Shown: positions 1 to 12,097, numbered from the stretch's first letter. The stretch: DNA of 64,000 nucleotides from Microcoleus sp. (GCA_052279835.1 CP181291.1:1280001-1344000), one strand, 5' to 3'. Numbers and translations are program-made. Notes: generated by a model not told the origin, from the sequence alone.

Positions 1-1
1 C

Positions 2-1663
2 CAGCGCGTGCAACGAATCCTCGAAACCCTCACACCAGAAAGGTTTAGCTATCCATTTAGTCCCGGCGAAACATATTTACTCTTCGATGTGACAGTCGCT
101 CCCATTATCACCTCAAACGGCACAGCTACAACAGTTTTAGTAATGGGACGCTTGCTGTCAGACAAACCCACAGACCAGAAGCTAAATTCTGACGCCTTGG
201 ACTCACAGCTTCAGCCACAAAAGCTGCTCCCAGAAACCTGTATCCCTGCTACTTCCCTCCCTCCCTACTCCGAAATCAATCGCCAAATCATCTCCCAAAT
301 AGCTCAAAACCTCCACCGAACCCTAGACTTAGAGACAATTTGGCAGCAAACAGCCAACAGTCTCGGTCAAGTTTTAAATGCCAGCCGCTGTATCATCTGT
401 CCCCACAAACAAACAAGCGAAATTTTCAAATCCTCCCCATTCATTCCCCCGAAAGATATCGAAAATACCGATACTGGGGAATCAGACTTGACCGCGCCCA
501 TTGCCCAGGACTATCAATTTACTTCTCCTCCCCTTCCTATCGAACATTTCCAATCAAAAACCCTTAAAGTCGTAGCAGAGTACCGTCAAGAACCTTACTC
601 TGCCATGCTGGGATTAGAATTGCAAGCCGCCGAACAGCCGGGGTGGATTGAAACTCTAGCTACCCTCAAGCCAGTAGCTGTTGAGTATGCTTATCCCGCC
701 AATGACCCTTTCCAGCGACACTCGGTGCTGGTAGCCGCTACTTCCTATCAAAGCCAACCCAATGCACTGATAGCTTTGCACCGCTGCGGAGATTCCCCGC
801 AGTGGAGTCCTCTGGAACTTGAATTCGCCCGCGAATTGGTCGCTCAAGTCGGAAGCGCGATCGCCCATGCTACTCTCTATCAAGAACTAGAACAGGCCCG
901 CGCCGAAGCCGTTGCCCTTTCCCAGCTTAAAAGTCAGTTTCTCGCTAATACTTCTCACGAACTTCGCACCCCCCTCAACGGTATCCTTGGCTTTCTGAAA
1001 TTACTGATGGACGGCATGGCAGATGACCCGGAAGAAGCCCGTGAATTTATCCTGGAAGCTCATCGTTCTGCCGTACTTTTGTTCAACGTCATCGACGATA
1101 TTTTGGATGTCGCTAAAATCGAAGCTGGCAAAATGCAGTTAGACCTCGCTCCTGTCAAACTAGGTGAAGTTTTGCAGCAGGTTGAGTCTTTGACGCGGGT
1201 GCAGGTGGAAGAGAAGCGATTGAAATTTCAAGTCCAAACCCTATCGGCGGAGGAGGAAATTATTGTGTATGGCAATTACCGACGTCTGCTTCAAATTATT
1301 TTGAATCTGACGGGCAATGCGATTAAATTTACAAACGAAGGTGGCATTCGTATTAGTACCGAAACAATTAAGAAAAAAGTTACTTTTCAGAATCAGCAGT
1401 TTCCTGGTCTGATCAAAATCCGAGTGGCTGATACTGGGATTGGGGTGTCTCTGGACAAACAAGATAAATTATTTGAGTCTTTTTTTCAGGTAGATGGCGA
1501 TCGTACCAGAAAATATGGTGGCACCGGTTTGGGATTGGCTATTACTCAAAAACTGGTAGAGGCAATGGGGGGTACGGTCAATTTTTACAGCATGGGGGAA
1601 GGACTCGGATCTACAGTTACTTTCACTGTCTTACTTTACCAAGAACCATTATTTTGTCAATAG
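2..1663 (+). CDS. GAF-domain sensor histidine kinase (5' partial, frame open to window edge)
   Basis: GAF (TLDLETIWQQTANSLG...WSPLELEFARELVAQVGSAIAHA), H-box FLANTSHELRTPLNG, N-box NLTGNAIKFT, G-boxes DTGIG and GGTGLGL. Confidence 0.9.
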   Translation, partial: QRVQRILETLTPERFSYPFSPGETYLLFDVTVAPIITSNGTATTVLVMGRLLSDKPTDQKLNSDALDSQLQPQKLLPETCIPATSLPPYSEINRQIISQIAQNLHRTLDLETIWQQTANSLGQVLNASRCIICPHKQTSEIFKSSPFIPPKDIENTDTGESDLTAPIAQDYQFTSPPLPIEHFQSKTLKVVAEYRQEPYSAMLGLELQAAEQPGWIETLATLKPVAVEYAYPANDPFQRHSVLVAATSYQSQPNALIALHRCGDSPQWSPLELEFARELVAQVGSAIAHATLYQELEQARAEAVALSQLKSQFLANTSHELRTPLNGILGFLKLLMDGMADDPEEAREFILEAHRSAVLLFNVIDDILDVAKIEAGKMQLDLAPVKLGEVLQQVESLTRVQVEEKRLKFQVQTLSAEEEIIVYGNYRRLLQIILNLTGNAIKFTNEGGIRISTETIKKKVTFQNQQFPGLIKIRVADTGIGVSLDKQDKLFESFFQVDGDRTRKYGGTGLGLAITQKLVEAMGGTVNFYSMGEGLGSTVTFTVLLYQEPLFCQ

Positions 1664-2199
1664 TTAGTAGTCATTAGTTAGTAGCAGTACCCTAGTTTTT
1701 GACCCCCCGTGCGTCCAGGACTGAGTTATTAATTATGGGAATTCAGCGAATTCCAGAAATATGTATTAATTATTACTCTCTTTTTTCCCTTGCTCCCTAT
1801 TTTTGGGACTCTAGACTGATGACAATCGTCCCGCAGTGGTCTTTGGGCGCCTAGACCCAACAGGTATTTGGGGAGGTAGGTATCAAACCCCCTATTATTT
1901 TCCGTGAAACCATTGAGAATACAACGTATTTATAGGGATTTTGATGCCTGATTGAGCTTGCCCAGAACGTAATATAAAGAAAATTTACAAAAACTTGACA
2001 AAACTTCTTAAGTATGAGAAGTATAATGTTATTATAGAAATAATTACAGTTAGCTAGTAATTTTTGAAAGCCTGTGGGAACATTTAAGTGTAATTACGGA
2101 AGTCAGAAATTCGACAGTCTGCATTTGGCAAATTCAGTAAATTCCTCCTCTGTTGGCGGAGTGGTAAAATTTTGCCATTCCAGTAGAAAAGGGGTTGCT

Positions 2200-3009
2200 A
2201 TGAATCAGCAGATATCAGCTCAATCGCAAAAACTTTTACTGCAAATTGGCAGAAAGATTCGTAAAACTCTGGATCTAAATGGCATTTGGCAGCAAACAGT
2301 TAATAGTCTGGGGCAAACCCTTGATGTCAGTCGCTGTATCATTTGTCCCTATGAAAGTTCTAGCCTGCAAGTTAAGGTGGCAGCCGAATACTGTCAGGAT
2401 CGATTTCCAGCCATGCTGGGAGTAGAGCTTTCCTTAACAGAAACACCTCATTTTATGGAGGCGATCGCCACCCTAGAACCCGTGGTATTTGACTCCTTTG
2501 CCGACGATGACCCTTTCGGCAGACAGTCAGTGTTAGTGGTGGCTACAGCCTATCAAGAGCAAGCTAACGGCATTATTAGTTTGCACCGATGCGGTCAGGA
2601 TAATTTAGGAAACAATATAGGCGATCGACCTTGGACTCAGTGCCAAATCGAATTCGCTCAAGAACTTGCCGATCAAGTAGGAAGCGCCATCGCCCTCGCC
2701 ACGCTCTATCAAGAGCGCAGCGATCGAGTCACAGAACTTTCCCAGCTCAAAAAGCAGTTCATGTTGAAAGCGTCCCACGAACTCCGCACGCCCCTAAATC
2801 ACATTATTGGTTATCTACAACTAACTGTAGATGATATGGCAGACGATCCCATAGAGGAGAGGGCTTTTATCCAAGAAGCTCACCGTTCTGCTCTCCACCT
2901 TTCTAAGGTAATTGGTAATGTCTTAGATTTCATTCAGTTAAGCGATGCTTGTCAGACTCACGCAGAGCTGGCTGCAATCAGAAGTCAGGAGACATCTTCC
3001 CAGGACTAA
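2200..3009 (+). CDS. GAF-HisKA protein lacking HATPase domain; truncated paralogue of the upstream kinase
   Basis: Shares TLDLxxIWQQTxNSLGQxLxxSRCIICP, SHELRTPLN and MADDPxExRxFIxEAHRSA with upstream gene, then ends; ATG 2200 after AAGGGG. Confidence 0.8.
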   Translation: MNQQISAQSQKLLLQIGRKIRKTLDLNGIWQQTVNSLGQTLDVSRCIICPYESSSLQVKVAAEYCQDRFPAMLGVELSLTETPHFMEAIATLEPVVFDSFADDDPFGRQSVLVVATAYQEQANGIISLHRCGQDNLGNNIGDRPWTQCQIEFAQELADQVGSAIALATLYQERSDRVTELSQLKKQFMLKASHELRTPLNHIIGYLQLTVDDMADDPIEERAFIQEAHRSALHLSKVIGNVLDFIQLSDACQTHAELAAIRSQETSSQD

Positions 3010-3166
3010 ATAGTTGAATCGCTCATCCATCCATTAGGGTTTTCTACAACTAACCATATCGACTGTTTCCAACTATTTATTTTTAATTATTTATTAACTA
3101 AATTAATTAAACGTAAGATATTGGTGGCTAAAAAGCTTTCTGTATCATGATTCTGCGCGGTTGCTT

Positions 3167-4699
3167 TTACTTACTTTTTTTAGTATTTGTTGGAGGAGTA
3201 ATATAACGAGCCCAAAAGGGTTCTTCCATATTTTTTAGCCCTACAAGTTTTTGGCGCTCTGACTCTATGCGCTTGCGTTCTGAAAGGTCAGAAAATATTT
3301 TTATGCAGCCGATAGTCTGGCCGCTGGCATCTTGCACCGGTGCGGCGAATAGCCAAAGATCGATCGAGCCACCGTCTTTCTTTAACAGAGACACTTCACA
3401 ACCGTTCTGTACCTTGCCATTTAACATCGACTTGAGAATAGCCTCAAAATCTTGCTCTTTGCCTTGGGGAATATTAGGCTCAATTTGCTCCAAAACTTGT
3501 GTAGCACTCCAACCAAAAATTTTTTCTGCCATGGGGTTCCAGACAGTTACTTTGCCCTTGGTATCAGTACAAATTATGGCCAGTGGCGCAGATTCTATTT
3601 GTGCTTGTAGCAGTTCCTTAGCCAATTGTAGTTGTAATTCTACTTGCTTGCGATCGGTAATTTCCTGACAAGCGCCCCACAAACGCACAATCCGTCCCTC
3701 AGTCTTGTCCCAAACAGCTTGCCAGCAATCCCGCACCCAGCGCACTTCACCTTTTTTATTCAGAATGCGATACTCATTCTTCCCCGTGCGAATCGAAGTA
3801 CAGTCTGTTAATTGTTCGAGTAACATTTTTCTGTCGTCGGGATGAGCTAGCTCTAAACTCCACCAACCCCCAGCAGTCAATTCTTCAGGCAAGCGGCCAG
3901 TACAGCGTGTAAAAGCTTCCGTTACCCACTCACAGACAAACTTACCATCGGCTGCAACCCTAAAAGAATAAGCAAAATCTGAAGTAATTTGGGACATAAT
4001 TCTGTAGTGAAATTCCGACTCCCGCACGGCAATTTCTGCTTGCTTGCGTTCCCCGATTTCCCGCGAACTAATTACAATTCCGTGGACATTAGAATCTTGC
4101 AGTAAACTATTACCGATCGCCTCCATATATACCCAAGTACCGTTTGCGTGGCGCTTCCTATATTCGATGGGACTAGCAACTCCAGGATGTTCTAGCAACT
4201 TGCCAAAATACGCTTGCCAAGCCAGCAAATCCTCTGGATGGATCAACTCCCCATGAACTTTCCCAATTCTTTCTTGGGCCTTATAACCCAAAACCCTTTC
4301 CAGGGCGGGGCTGTGGTATCTAACTCGTCCATCCGGCTCTATAATGCTAATGAGATCGGGAGAATTTCGGAGCACAGTTTGTAGTTTCGCTTCATTTTTA
4401 ATCTGGGCTTGATTATCTAAGCGATACTGACGTATCTCTTTTTGTAACTCTTCTTGCAACCGTCTCATTTGAGAAGCTTGTTGTGCCACCGTGCGTTCTA
4501 AAAGACGATTAGATTTTTCTAATTCTACCAGCTTAGCAGCATTGTTTGTCGCACTTTCAAACACGCGACTAGCCGCCAATTCTTGCAAAGAATTAGACAG
4601 ATTTTCTAAATTTTGTGTAAAATTTATCTGCTGTGCCTGTGGAAGTTCACTGACTTGTAATTGTAAAGTTTTTAGGTATTGAAAAGTTTTTTCTAGCAT
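3167..4699 (-). CDS. Coiled-coil plus three PAS/PAC domains, no output domain (start uncertain, ORF open to 4807)
   Basis: PAS motifs SPDLISII...HPEDL, HPDDR...EYRI...GEVRWV, SAPLAII...WNPMAEKIFGW; ends after D(L)SERKR. Confidence 0.8.
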   Translation of the reverse strand: MLEKTFQYLKTLQLQVSELPQAQQINFTQNLENLSNSLQELAASRVFESATNNAAKLVELEKSNRLLERTVAQQASQMRRLQEELQKEIRQYRLDNQAQIKNEAKLQTVLRNSPDLISIIEPDGRVRYHSPALERVLGYKAQERIGKVHGELIHPEDLLAWQAYFGKLLEHPGVASPIEYRKRHANGTWVYMEAIGNSLLQDSNVHGIVISSREIGERKQAEIAVRESEFHYRIMSQITSDFAYSFRVAADGKFVCEWVTEAFTRCTGRLPEELTAGGWWSLELAHPDDRKMLLEQLTDCTSIRTGKNEYRILNKKGEVRWVRDCWQAVWDKTEGRIVRLWGACQEITDRKQVELQLQLAKELLQAQIESAPLAIICTDTKGKVTVWNPMAEKIFGWSATQVLEQIEPNIPQGKEQDFEAILKSMLNGKVQNGCEVSLLKKDGGSIDLWLFAAPVQDASGQTIGCIKIFSDLSERKRIESERQKLVGLKNMEEPFWARYITPPTNTKKSK

Positions 4700-5004
4700 T
4701 TTAAATTTTGAGTAACGGAGAAACTCCATATTAGTAAGGTGTCTCAGATTCAGTTCCAAAACCCCTAAAAATTGTTCAAGAAACGATAACCAATAATCAA
4801 TAACCAAATTTAATTGCTATGAAACTCTAACAGCGATTGCCTTTGACTAGGGAATTTGTTAATTTCCTGGGTATGGAGTCGTTTTTATTTGATCATAGCA
4901 AGGGGAAAACCGAACTGCAAACTACGGTACACCAGCCCGATCAACCAGTGTAGACCTTGCCGGTGTTAGGCTAAACTAAATGGGTGTATAGACAAAGAGG
5001 ATTT

Positions 5005-5655
5005 ATGACAGAGCAAGCCAACGCTCGCGATTTATTTCGCGCTGCCTACGAACACCGCTACACTTGGGATGCCAACTTTCCCGGTTATACTGCCGACATC
5101 GAACTCAAGCAAGGCGACGAAGTATACACAGGTCAAGTTTCCATTAAACCAGACATGACTGTGGAAGTGAGCGGCATTGCAGACGAGGAAGTGCAGCAAA
5201 GCGTCTACACTCAAATGCGCGATATTGTTACCCACCGCAAACGCTCAACATTTGAAAAATCGCACGGGAAAAACAACTTCACCCTCGGCGAAAAGGACAG
5301 CACCGACGCTGTGGACATCTTGGTGCAAGGCGACTCGATGGGATCTAATTATAAGATCCGAGGTTTGTCAATTTGTCAAGTCAGCCGGGTGATGGGCCGC
5401 ATGGCTTTCGTCATTGACACCCACAAAACCCTAGAAACACCCGAAGGTTCTTTGGCTAGTCACTACGATGCTGTTTTCCGCAACCCCCAAACAGATGAAA
5501 TCATCAGAGAACTGGAATTTGAAGACTCTTTTGAGAAAGTAGGTGACTATTATGTTATGACCAAACAAGTAGTGCGATCGAAAGAAAAAGGTCAAGAGAC
5601 AACAACCGAATTCAACTACTCTAACGTCAAACTGCTAGAACCAGCAGTAGTTTAG
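5005..5655 (+). CDS. DUF3386 family protein
   Basis: ARDLFRAAYEHRYTWDANFPGY N-terminus typical of this cyanobacterial family; RBS GAGG. Confidence 0.8.
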   Translation: MTEQANARDLFRAAYEHRYTWDANFPGYTADIELKQGDEVYTGQVSIKPDMTVEVSGIADEEVQQSVYTQMRDIVTHRKRSTFEKSHGKNNFTLGEKDSTDAVDILVQGDSMGSNYKIRGLSICQVSRVMGRMAFVIDTHKTLETPEGSLASHYDAVFRNPQTDEIIRELEFEDSFEKVGDYYVMTKQVVRSKEKGQETTTEFNYSNVKLLEPAVV

Positions 5656-5660
5656 AGACA

Positions 5661-5701
5661 ATCGAAAAACCTAATTTCCTAAATAAAACAGGTTTTTCGA
5701 T
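5661..5701 (+). terminator. Inverted repeat after DUF3386 gene
   Basis: ATCGAAAAACCT...AGGTTTTTCGAT. Confidence 0.45.
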
Positions 5702-5785
5702 TACCATATCAGCATCAACAGTCAGTAACTGTGCGATCTAGATCCAGTACACATCAACTCTACTAAATAATTCGGAAGGTTAAAT

Positions 5786-6025
5786 ATGACGACACTAGCA
5801 CTAACAAGAGATAACGTCGAAACAGTTCTCGATGAAATGCGCCCCTACCTGATCTCGGACGGCGGCAACGTCGAACTGGTAGAAATCGACGGCCCAGTCG
5901 TACACCTGCGGCTACAAGGAGCTTGTGGCTCTTGCCCAAGCTCTACAATGACCCTGAGAATGGGCATAGAACGTCGCCTGCGCGAAGCCATCCCAGAAAT
6001 CTCGGAAGTTGAACAGGTAATGTAA
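5786..6025 (+). CDS. nfuA: NifU/NfuA-type Fe-S scaffold protein
   Basis: [13 protein letters not shown]...[11 protein letters not shown]. Confidence 0.9.
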   Translation: MTTLALTRDNVETVLDEMRPYLISDGGNVELVEIDGPVVHLRLQGACGSCPSSTMTLRMGIERRLREAIPEISEVEQVM

Positions 6026-6032
6026 TTAATCA

Positions 6033-6190
6033 GCAGTCATTAGTCAGTAGTCAGTAGTCAGTAGTCATTAGTAACAAGTAGATAAAGCAACTAATGACTA
6101 ATAAATCATACTCCCGATTAATGACTGCCGATTAATAACTGCCGATTAATGACTGCTGACTAATGACTGCTAACTAATGACTAAGGACTA
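6033..6190. repeat. Short tandemly repeated (STRR-type) 7-mer/14-mer tract
   Basis: (CAGTAGT)n, (CTAATGA)n, GACTGCCGATTAAT-like units. Confidence 0.85.
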
Positions 6191-6195
6191 GAGTA

Positions 6196-8443
6196 ATGTC
6201 TCACCCCCTATATGTAGCCTTCATTTGGCATCAACACCAACCTCTCTATAAATCCAGAGTAGCTGCTAAGGAAACAGAGGCTCAATATCGATTGCCTTGG
6301 GTGCGCTTGCACGGGGTTAAAGACTATTTGGATTTAGTGCTACTTCTGGCAAAATATCCCAAACTGCATCAAACTGTAAATCTCGTTCCATCCTTGATTT
6401 TGCAGATAGAAGACTGCATCGCAGACCGAGCATTAGACCCCTATTTGGCGGCGGCTCTCAAGCCCACTGAAGATTTAAAGATATCAGAAAAAGAATTTAT
6501 TTGTCAGCACTTTTTTGATGCCAATTACCACACCCTAATTCAACCCCATCGCCGCTACAATCAACTCTACACTCAACATCAGGAAAAAGGTATTCAGTGG
6601 TGTGTGGAAAATTGGAATCAACAGGATTTTAGCGACTTGCTGGCTTGGCACAATTTAGCTTGGATTGACCCGCTATTTTGGGATGACCCGGAGATTGCCG
6701 GGTGGCTGAAACAAGGACAAAATTTTAGTTTAGCCGATCGCCACAAAATCTACTCCAAACAAAAACAAATCCTAGCCAAAATCATTCCCCAGCACCGAAA
6801 AATGCAAGCTGAGGGACAATTAGAAGTCTCCACAACCCCCTATACACACCCGATATTACCGCTGCTTGCTGATACGAATTGCGCTCGCATAGCTATTCCC
6901 AACATGACCCTGCCACAACATCGGTTTCAGTGGGCAGAAGATATTCCCCGACACCTCAGAAAATCCTGGGAAATCTATCAAGATAGGTTTGATTGCGAAC
7001 CTCGCGGTTTGTGGCCCTCGGAACAGGCAGTTAGCCCAGAAATTTTGCCCTATATTGCCAAACAAGGGTTTAAATGGATAGTCTCCGACGAAGCTGTATT
7101 GGGGTGGACCATTAAACACTTTTTTCACCGCGATGGGGCTGGGAATGTCTGGGAACCAGAATTGTTATATCGCCCTTACCGCTTAGAAACTCCCGATGGT
7201 GATTTAGCTATAGTCTTTCGAGACCACCGATTGTCAGATTTGATCGGATTTACCTACGGTTCGATGGCACCGAAAAAAGCAGCATCAGATTTAGTGGGAC
7301 ACCTAGAGGCGATCGCGCGAACCCTCAAACACCGACAATCCAGCGGCACCACAACCCTAGAAAATCCGTGGTTAGTTACCATCGCCCTAGACGGCGAAAA
7401 CTGCTGGGAATTCTATCCCCAAGATGGCACACCCTTCCTAGAATCCCTCTATGAAACCCTCAGCCTCGACCCAGATATTAAACTGGTAACAGTCTCCGAA
7501 TTTCTTGACAAATTCCCCCCAACAGCCACAATTGAGTCAACCCAACTCCACACCGGTTCTTGGGTTGATGGTTCCCTCGCAACTTGGATTGGCGATCCCG
7601 CCAAAAATCGCGCTTGGGATTTGTTAGGCCAAGCAAGGCAAATGCTGGCAAACCATCCAGAGGCTACGGAAGAAACTAATCCCGAAGCTTGGGAAGCACT
7701 CTACGCTGCCGAAGGTTCCGACTGGTTTTGGTGGTTTGGCGAAGGTCACACCTCTAACCAAGATGCCATGTTTGACCAGCTATTCCGGGAACACGTAGCA
7801 GCAATTTACGAAGCTCTCAACGAGCCAGTACCTCCCCAAGTGCGCCGACAAGTAGAGGCCCACGAAGCTCAAGGCGACCATCAACCGCTGAGCTTTATTC
7901 ACCCGGTGATTGACGGTATCGGTAATGAACAGGATTGGGACAAGGCTGGGCGGATTGAAGTTGGGGGAGCGAGGGGGACAATGCACCGCAGTTTCTGCAA
8001 TTCAGCGGCTTTGGTACGGGGTAGATCACTTGAATTTTTACCTTCGTGCCGACTTTAAGGCGGGTGTTCGGCCCGGAATTGATTGCCCGCCGGAGTTGAA
8101 TTTGTTATGGTTTTATCCCGATCGCACCATGCACAACAGCCTGATTCCACTGTCAGATTTGCCTGATACTGCACCCCTGAACTATCGATTCCACCATCAG
8201 TTAGGGATTAATTTGCTAACTAAATCGATTAGGTTTCAGGAGGCTGGAGAACGGGATGAGTGGCATCCTCACATCAGCCGCGCTCAGGTTGGGTTGGATA
8301 AATGTCTGGAGGTAGCAATACCTTGGGCAGATTTGCAGATTATGCCAGACTGGTCACTGAGGCTGATTGCGGTGTTATCGGAAGGGGAGCGTTACTGTAG
8401 CTGTTTACCGTTCGATTCTTTGATTGCGATCGGAATGCCTTAA
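6196..8443 (+). CDS. Glycoside hydrolase family 57 (amylopullulanase-like), split by apparent extra T at 7992-7994
   Basis: WHQHQP, HPILPLL, GLWPSEQ, IALDGEN, AEGSDWFWW; removing one T joins GTMHRS to SAIQRLWYG of ORF 7910-8443. Confidence 0.88.
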
Positions 8444-8447
8444 AGAG

Positions 8448-8577
8448 TTATTGGTTATTGGTTCTTAGTTATGAATTATTGGTTATTCGTTAGGCCGGAG
8501 CTAGCAAATAACTAATCACAAACAACAAATGACAACAAATAACTAATAACAAACAACACATAACCCATAACTAATTA
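8448..8577. repeat. STRR-type 7-mer repeats
   Basis: (GTTATTG)n and (AACAAAT/AACTAAT)n. Confidence 0.7.
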
Positions 8578-8587
8578 TAAACAACCA

Positions 8588-11144
8588 ATGAGCCGGATTT
8601 TGGTTTTGCTCGATCGCCACCAACAACCTTTGCCGATACAATGCCTCAACAGCAAACACGAGGTGTTTGCACCCGATAGCGCGACCAGCGCCAACTCTGC
8701 TGTCGAAATGGGCAACATCCCTTTTGACTTGTGCATTCTAGACGAGTCAAATTTCGATCGCATCGGCTCCCTTGTCGCCACCTTAAAAACAGCATCGGCA
8801 CCCCTGTTTTTACCGTTTTTGCTGGTTAGCCAAGGCAGAAATTCTGCTGATACAGATTTGCCATTTCTGCTGACCCCAGAACAACTTGAAGGCAGAATCG
8901 ACGATTTGCTCCTTAGTCCTTTCCTTCCCACAGAACTCCACTTTCGGGTGGAAAATTTGTTGGCCCGTCGCCACTTGTCCCTAGAACTCCACAGGATTCA
9001 GGAAGTAGTTAAAGAACGGAACGTTGCTGAAAATGTGTTGATTGAATCTCTGCAAGCAAGCAACGAAAATCTGCAACGGGAAATCGACAAGCGGGTGGAG
9101 GTAGAAGCCACTCTGCGATCGAATTCCTATCTCGATTCTCTGATGAATGCGATGCCAGATATTGTCTGTTTCAAAGATGCCCAGGGCCGATGGCAAGAAG
9201 CAAATCAAGCTATACTCGAACTGTTCGAGCTTTCGTGCGATGAATATCGCGGACTCAAAGACTCTCAACTAGGAGAACTCAGCACCTTTTATCGGGAAGC
9301 TTTGGCCGCCTGCGAAGTTAGCGATCGAGAAGCATGGCATAAAGGTAGTGTTTCTAGGGGTGAAGAAGTGATTCCCCGATCGGACGGTACGATTAAAATC
9401 TACGACGTCATTAAAATACCCTTATTTTACCCAGACGGCAAGCGCAAAAGTCTTGTGATTTTGGGCCGCGACATCACCGAACACAAGCAAGCTAGAGATG
9501 AACTGGTCCGCTTGGCTTCTATTGTTGAGTCTTCTGACGATGGCATCATCGGCAAATCCCTCACCGGGACAATTATGAGCTGGAATGCAGGAGCCGAAAA
9601 TATTTATGGCTATGCGGCGACAGAAGTCAAGGGCCAGTCGATCGAGATTTTAGCCATACCCTCACGCCCCAACGAAATGTCACAAATTCTAGCAAACATT
9701 CGGGCGGGAGCCACTATCGACCATTATGAAACCCTTCATTTACGCAAAGACGGCAAAGAAATAGATGTTTCCCTGACTATTTCTGCGATTAAAGATACCA
9801 CAGGAGCAGTCACCGGGGTTTCGACTATTGCCAGAGATATCAGCGACAGTAAGCGAGTTGAAAAAGCCCTGGAACAACTCCGCCATCAAAATGAATTGAT
9901 TCTTTTCTCCGCAGGAGAAGGTATTTGTGGATTGAATAAAGAGGGAAATGTTACTTTTGTCAATCCGGCAGCGGTGAGAATGGCTGGCTGTCAATCCAAG
10001 GAACTGATCGATCGACCGCTTTATGAAACCATACATCCGAGACAGGAGGACTGCCCACAGGCGATCGACCACAATTCATCTACACAAATCAATGCGGCTT
10101 CTAATTTTCCCACCTCCACCACACCCACTGTGGATCGACTCCTTCCCAATCAAATAAACAGTCAAATTCTCGCAACCTTGCAAGACGGAGAGGCGCGCCG
10201 CGTCACTAACGAGGTGTTTTGTCGCCGAGATGGCACGAGTTTTCCGGTTGAGTACGTCGTGGCTCCCATGCGAGAACAAGGCAAAATCATCGGAGCTGTG
10301 GTGACATTTAAGGATATCACCGATCGCCTTGCTGTCGAACGGATGAAAGATGAATTCATTTCCGTTGTCAGCCACGAACTGCGGACACCCATGACTTCGA
10401 TTCACGGAGCCCTCACCCTCCTCAACAGTGGTGTCCTCGACAATGAACCGGAAAAAGCCAAACGGATGCAATCGATTGCCGTGACTAACACAGAACGTTT
10501 GGTACGCTTAATCAATGACATCCTCGATTTAGAACGAATGGAGTCTAGTTATCACAAAGCGGTTAAGCAAACTTGCAATGTGGCAGAAACTGATGCTTCA
10601 GGCTGTGGACGAGATGCAGGGAATGGCTGACCAGGCGGGAGTTATACTGTCCGTGGTTCCTGTGAGTGCTCCATTGCGGGCTGTTCCCGATCGCATAATT
10701 CAAACCTTGACTAACTTGCTCAGCAATGCTATTAAATTTTCCTCCGAGGGCGCTACCATTTGGCTGAGCGCCCAATTGCAGCCAAATCACGATGGGGCAA
10801 AAAAAGCTGGGATCAAGTCAGTTTCGTCTCCTGATTGTGCGATCGCCGATGGGAACTTGCCCATGTCCTCACAGGAAATCCTGATTGCCGTGAAAGACCG
10901 AGGTAGGGGAATTCCAGCAGATAAACTGGAAATGATCTTTGAACGCTTCCAACAGGTTGATGCTTCAGATTCTCGACAAAAGGGTGGGACAGGTTTGGGC
11001 CTGGCTATTTGTCGCAGTATCGTGCAACAACACGGTGGCAGAATTTGGGTGGACAGCGTTTTGGGGGAGGGTAGCACTTTTTTCTTAAGTTTCCCAGTTT
11101 TAACAGATGCAGAAAGTCCCAGGAAGGTAGAAAATAGAAGATAG
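8588..11144 (+). CDS. Multi-PAS sensor histidine kinase, split by apparent extra A at 10587-10589
   Basis: Degenerate receiver-like N-terminus, 3 PAS, VVSHELRTPMT; HATPase (NLLSNAIKFS, DRGRG, GGTGLGL) in next frame; removing one A gives CNVAELMLQAVD. Confidence 0.85.
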
Positions 11145-11284
11145 AAAATTTAGAGTAAAATCTTTATATTTCAGGATAAATACGTAGAATGAGAAATAAT
11201 GAATTTTTTTAAATTGCACTCCGTACTTTACACAAAATTCATATTTAAGTTCTAGTCTCAGATCAGTTCTTAATTTAAAAAAAA

Positions 11285-11677
11285 ATGTTTATTGTGGCAG
11301 CAAAACGCATATTGATTATTGATGATGCCGAAGATATTCGGGAAGTCGCTCAAGTCAGTCTCGAAGTCGTCGGGGGCTGGGAAGTGCTGACAGCTAGTTC
11401 TGGTATCGAGGGTGTTGCTAAGGCAGTCGCCCAACAGCCTGATGCTATTCTTTTAGACGTGATGATGCCCGACCAAGACGGACCTACTACTTTTTTACAA
11501 TTGCAAGCCAATAGTGCTACGCAGCACATTCCCGTAATTTTACTGACGGCGAAGGCTTTGGCAGGGGACAGGCGGATGTTTGCGGATTTGGGGGTAGTAA
11601 GTGTAATTGCTAAGCCTTTTGAACCGATGTCTTTAGCAAGTCAGGTAGCTCAAGTTTTAGGATGGGATCGATCCTAG
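11285..11677 (+). CDS. Single-domain response regulator (CheY-like)
   Basis: ILIIDD, LLDVMMP, LTAKA, IAKPF. Confidence 0.92.
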   Translation: MFIVAAKRILIIDDAEDIREVAQVSLEVVGGWEVLTASSGIEGVAKAVAQQPDAILLDVMMPDQDGPTTFLQLQANSATQHIPVILLTAKALAGDRRMFADLGVVSVIAKPFEPMSLASQVAQVLGWDRS

Positions 11678-11878
11678 GGCGATCGGACATTGAGCTTTGT
11701 AGCCTCGACAACAAATTATTCCTGCTTAGTTTGAAAAAGAATATAAACTGGCAGGAGTATTTGACTTTTTGTGAATTCTTGTCGTTCTTCATCAGTTCTT
11801 CAGGTTTTAGTTTTAAGTTTAAACCATTCGTCAGGGATCACCCCTGAATTTGGACAAACACCTTGGGAGATGACGACT

Positions 11879-12097
11879 ATGCCCTCAGCCTACATTTTAC
11901 TACTGATAGTTTCTCTAGCCGCCATCTGGGTCTATTGGCAAACCTCTCAAGATATTTTTGTCCTCGTGGCTTTGGCTGGACTCGGCTGTTTTATTTGGGG
12001 CTTCTCTTGTGCTCCTTGGCTCGTTCAACTTCTCATCGTCTTGCTACTCTTGGGCCTCCAAAAGCTTTACTTGGGAGACACTAAAAGTTGCGAGTGA
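11879..12097 (+). CDS. Small hydrophobic membrane protein
   Basis: Three hydrophobic segments, APWLVQLLI motif. Confidence 0.6.
   Translation: MPSAYILLLIVSLAAIWVYWQTSQDIFVLVALAGLGCFIWGFSCAPWLVQLLIVLLLLGLQKLYLGDTKSCE

Noticed and set aside
1995..2027. TTGACA...TATAAT sigma70 promoter
   Set aside because: Spacer is 21 bp, too long for the two boxes to pair
6033..6190. Tandem repeats as CRISPR
   Set aside because: 7/14-mer STRR with no unique spacers; ubiquitous in filamentous cyanobacteria
7992..7994. Frameshift in GH57 as programmed recoding or pseudogene
   Set aside because: Single extra base in a short homopolymer, no slippery or stimulatory signal; same pattern as in chlD, so most likely an assembly indel (check reads)
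10587..10589. Split kinase (HisKA and HATPase as separate genes)
   Set aside because: Removing one A restores a normal continuous kinase; likely sequencing error
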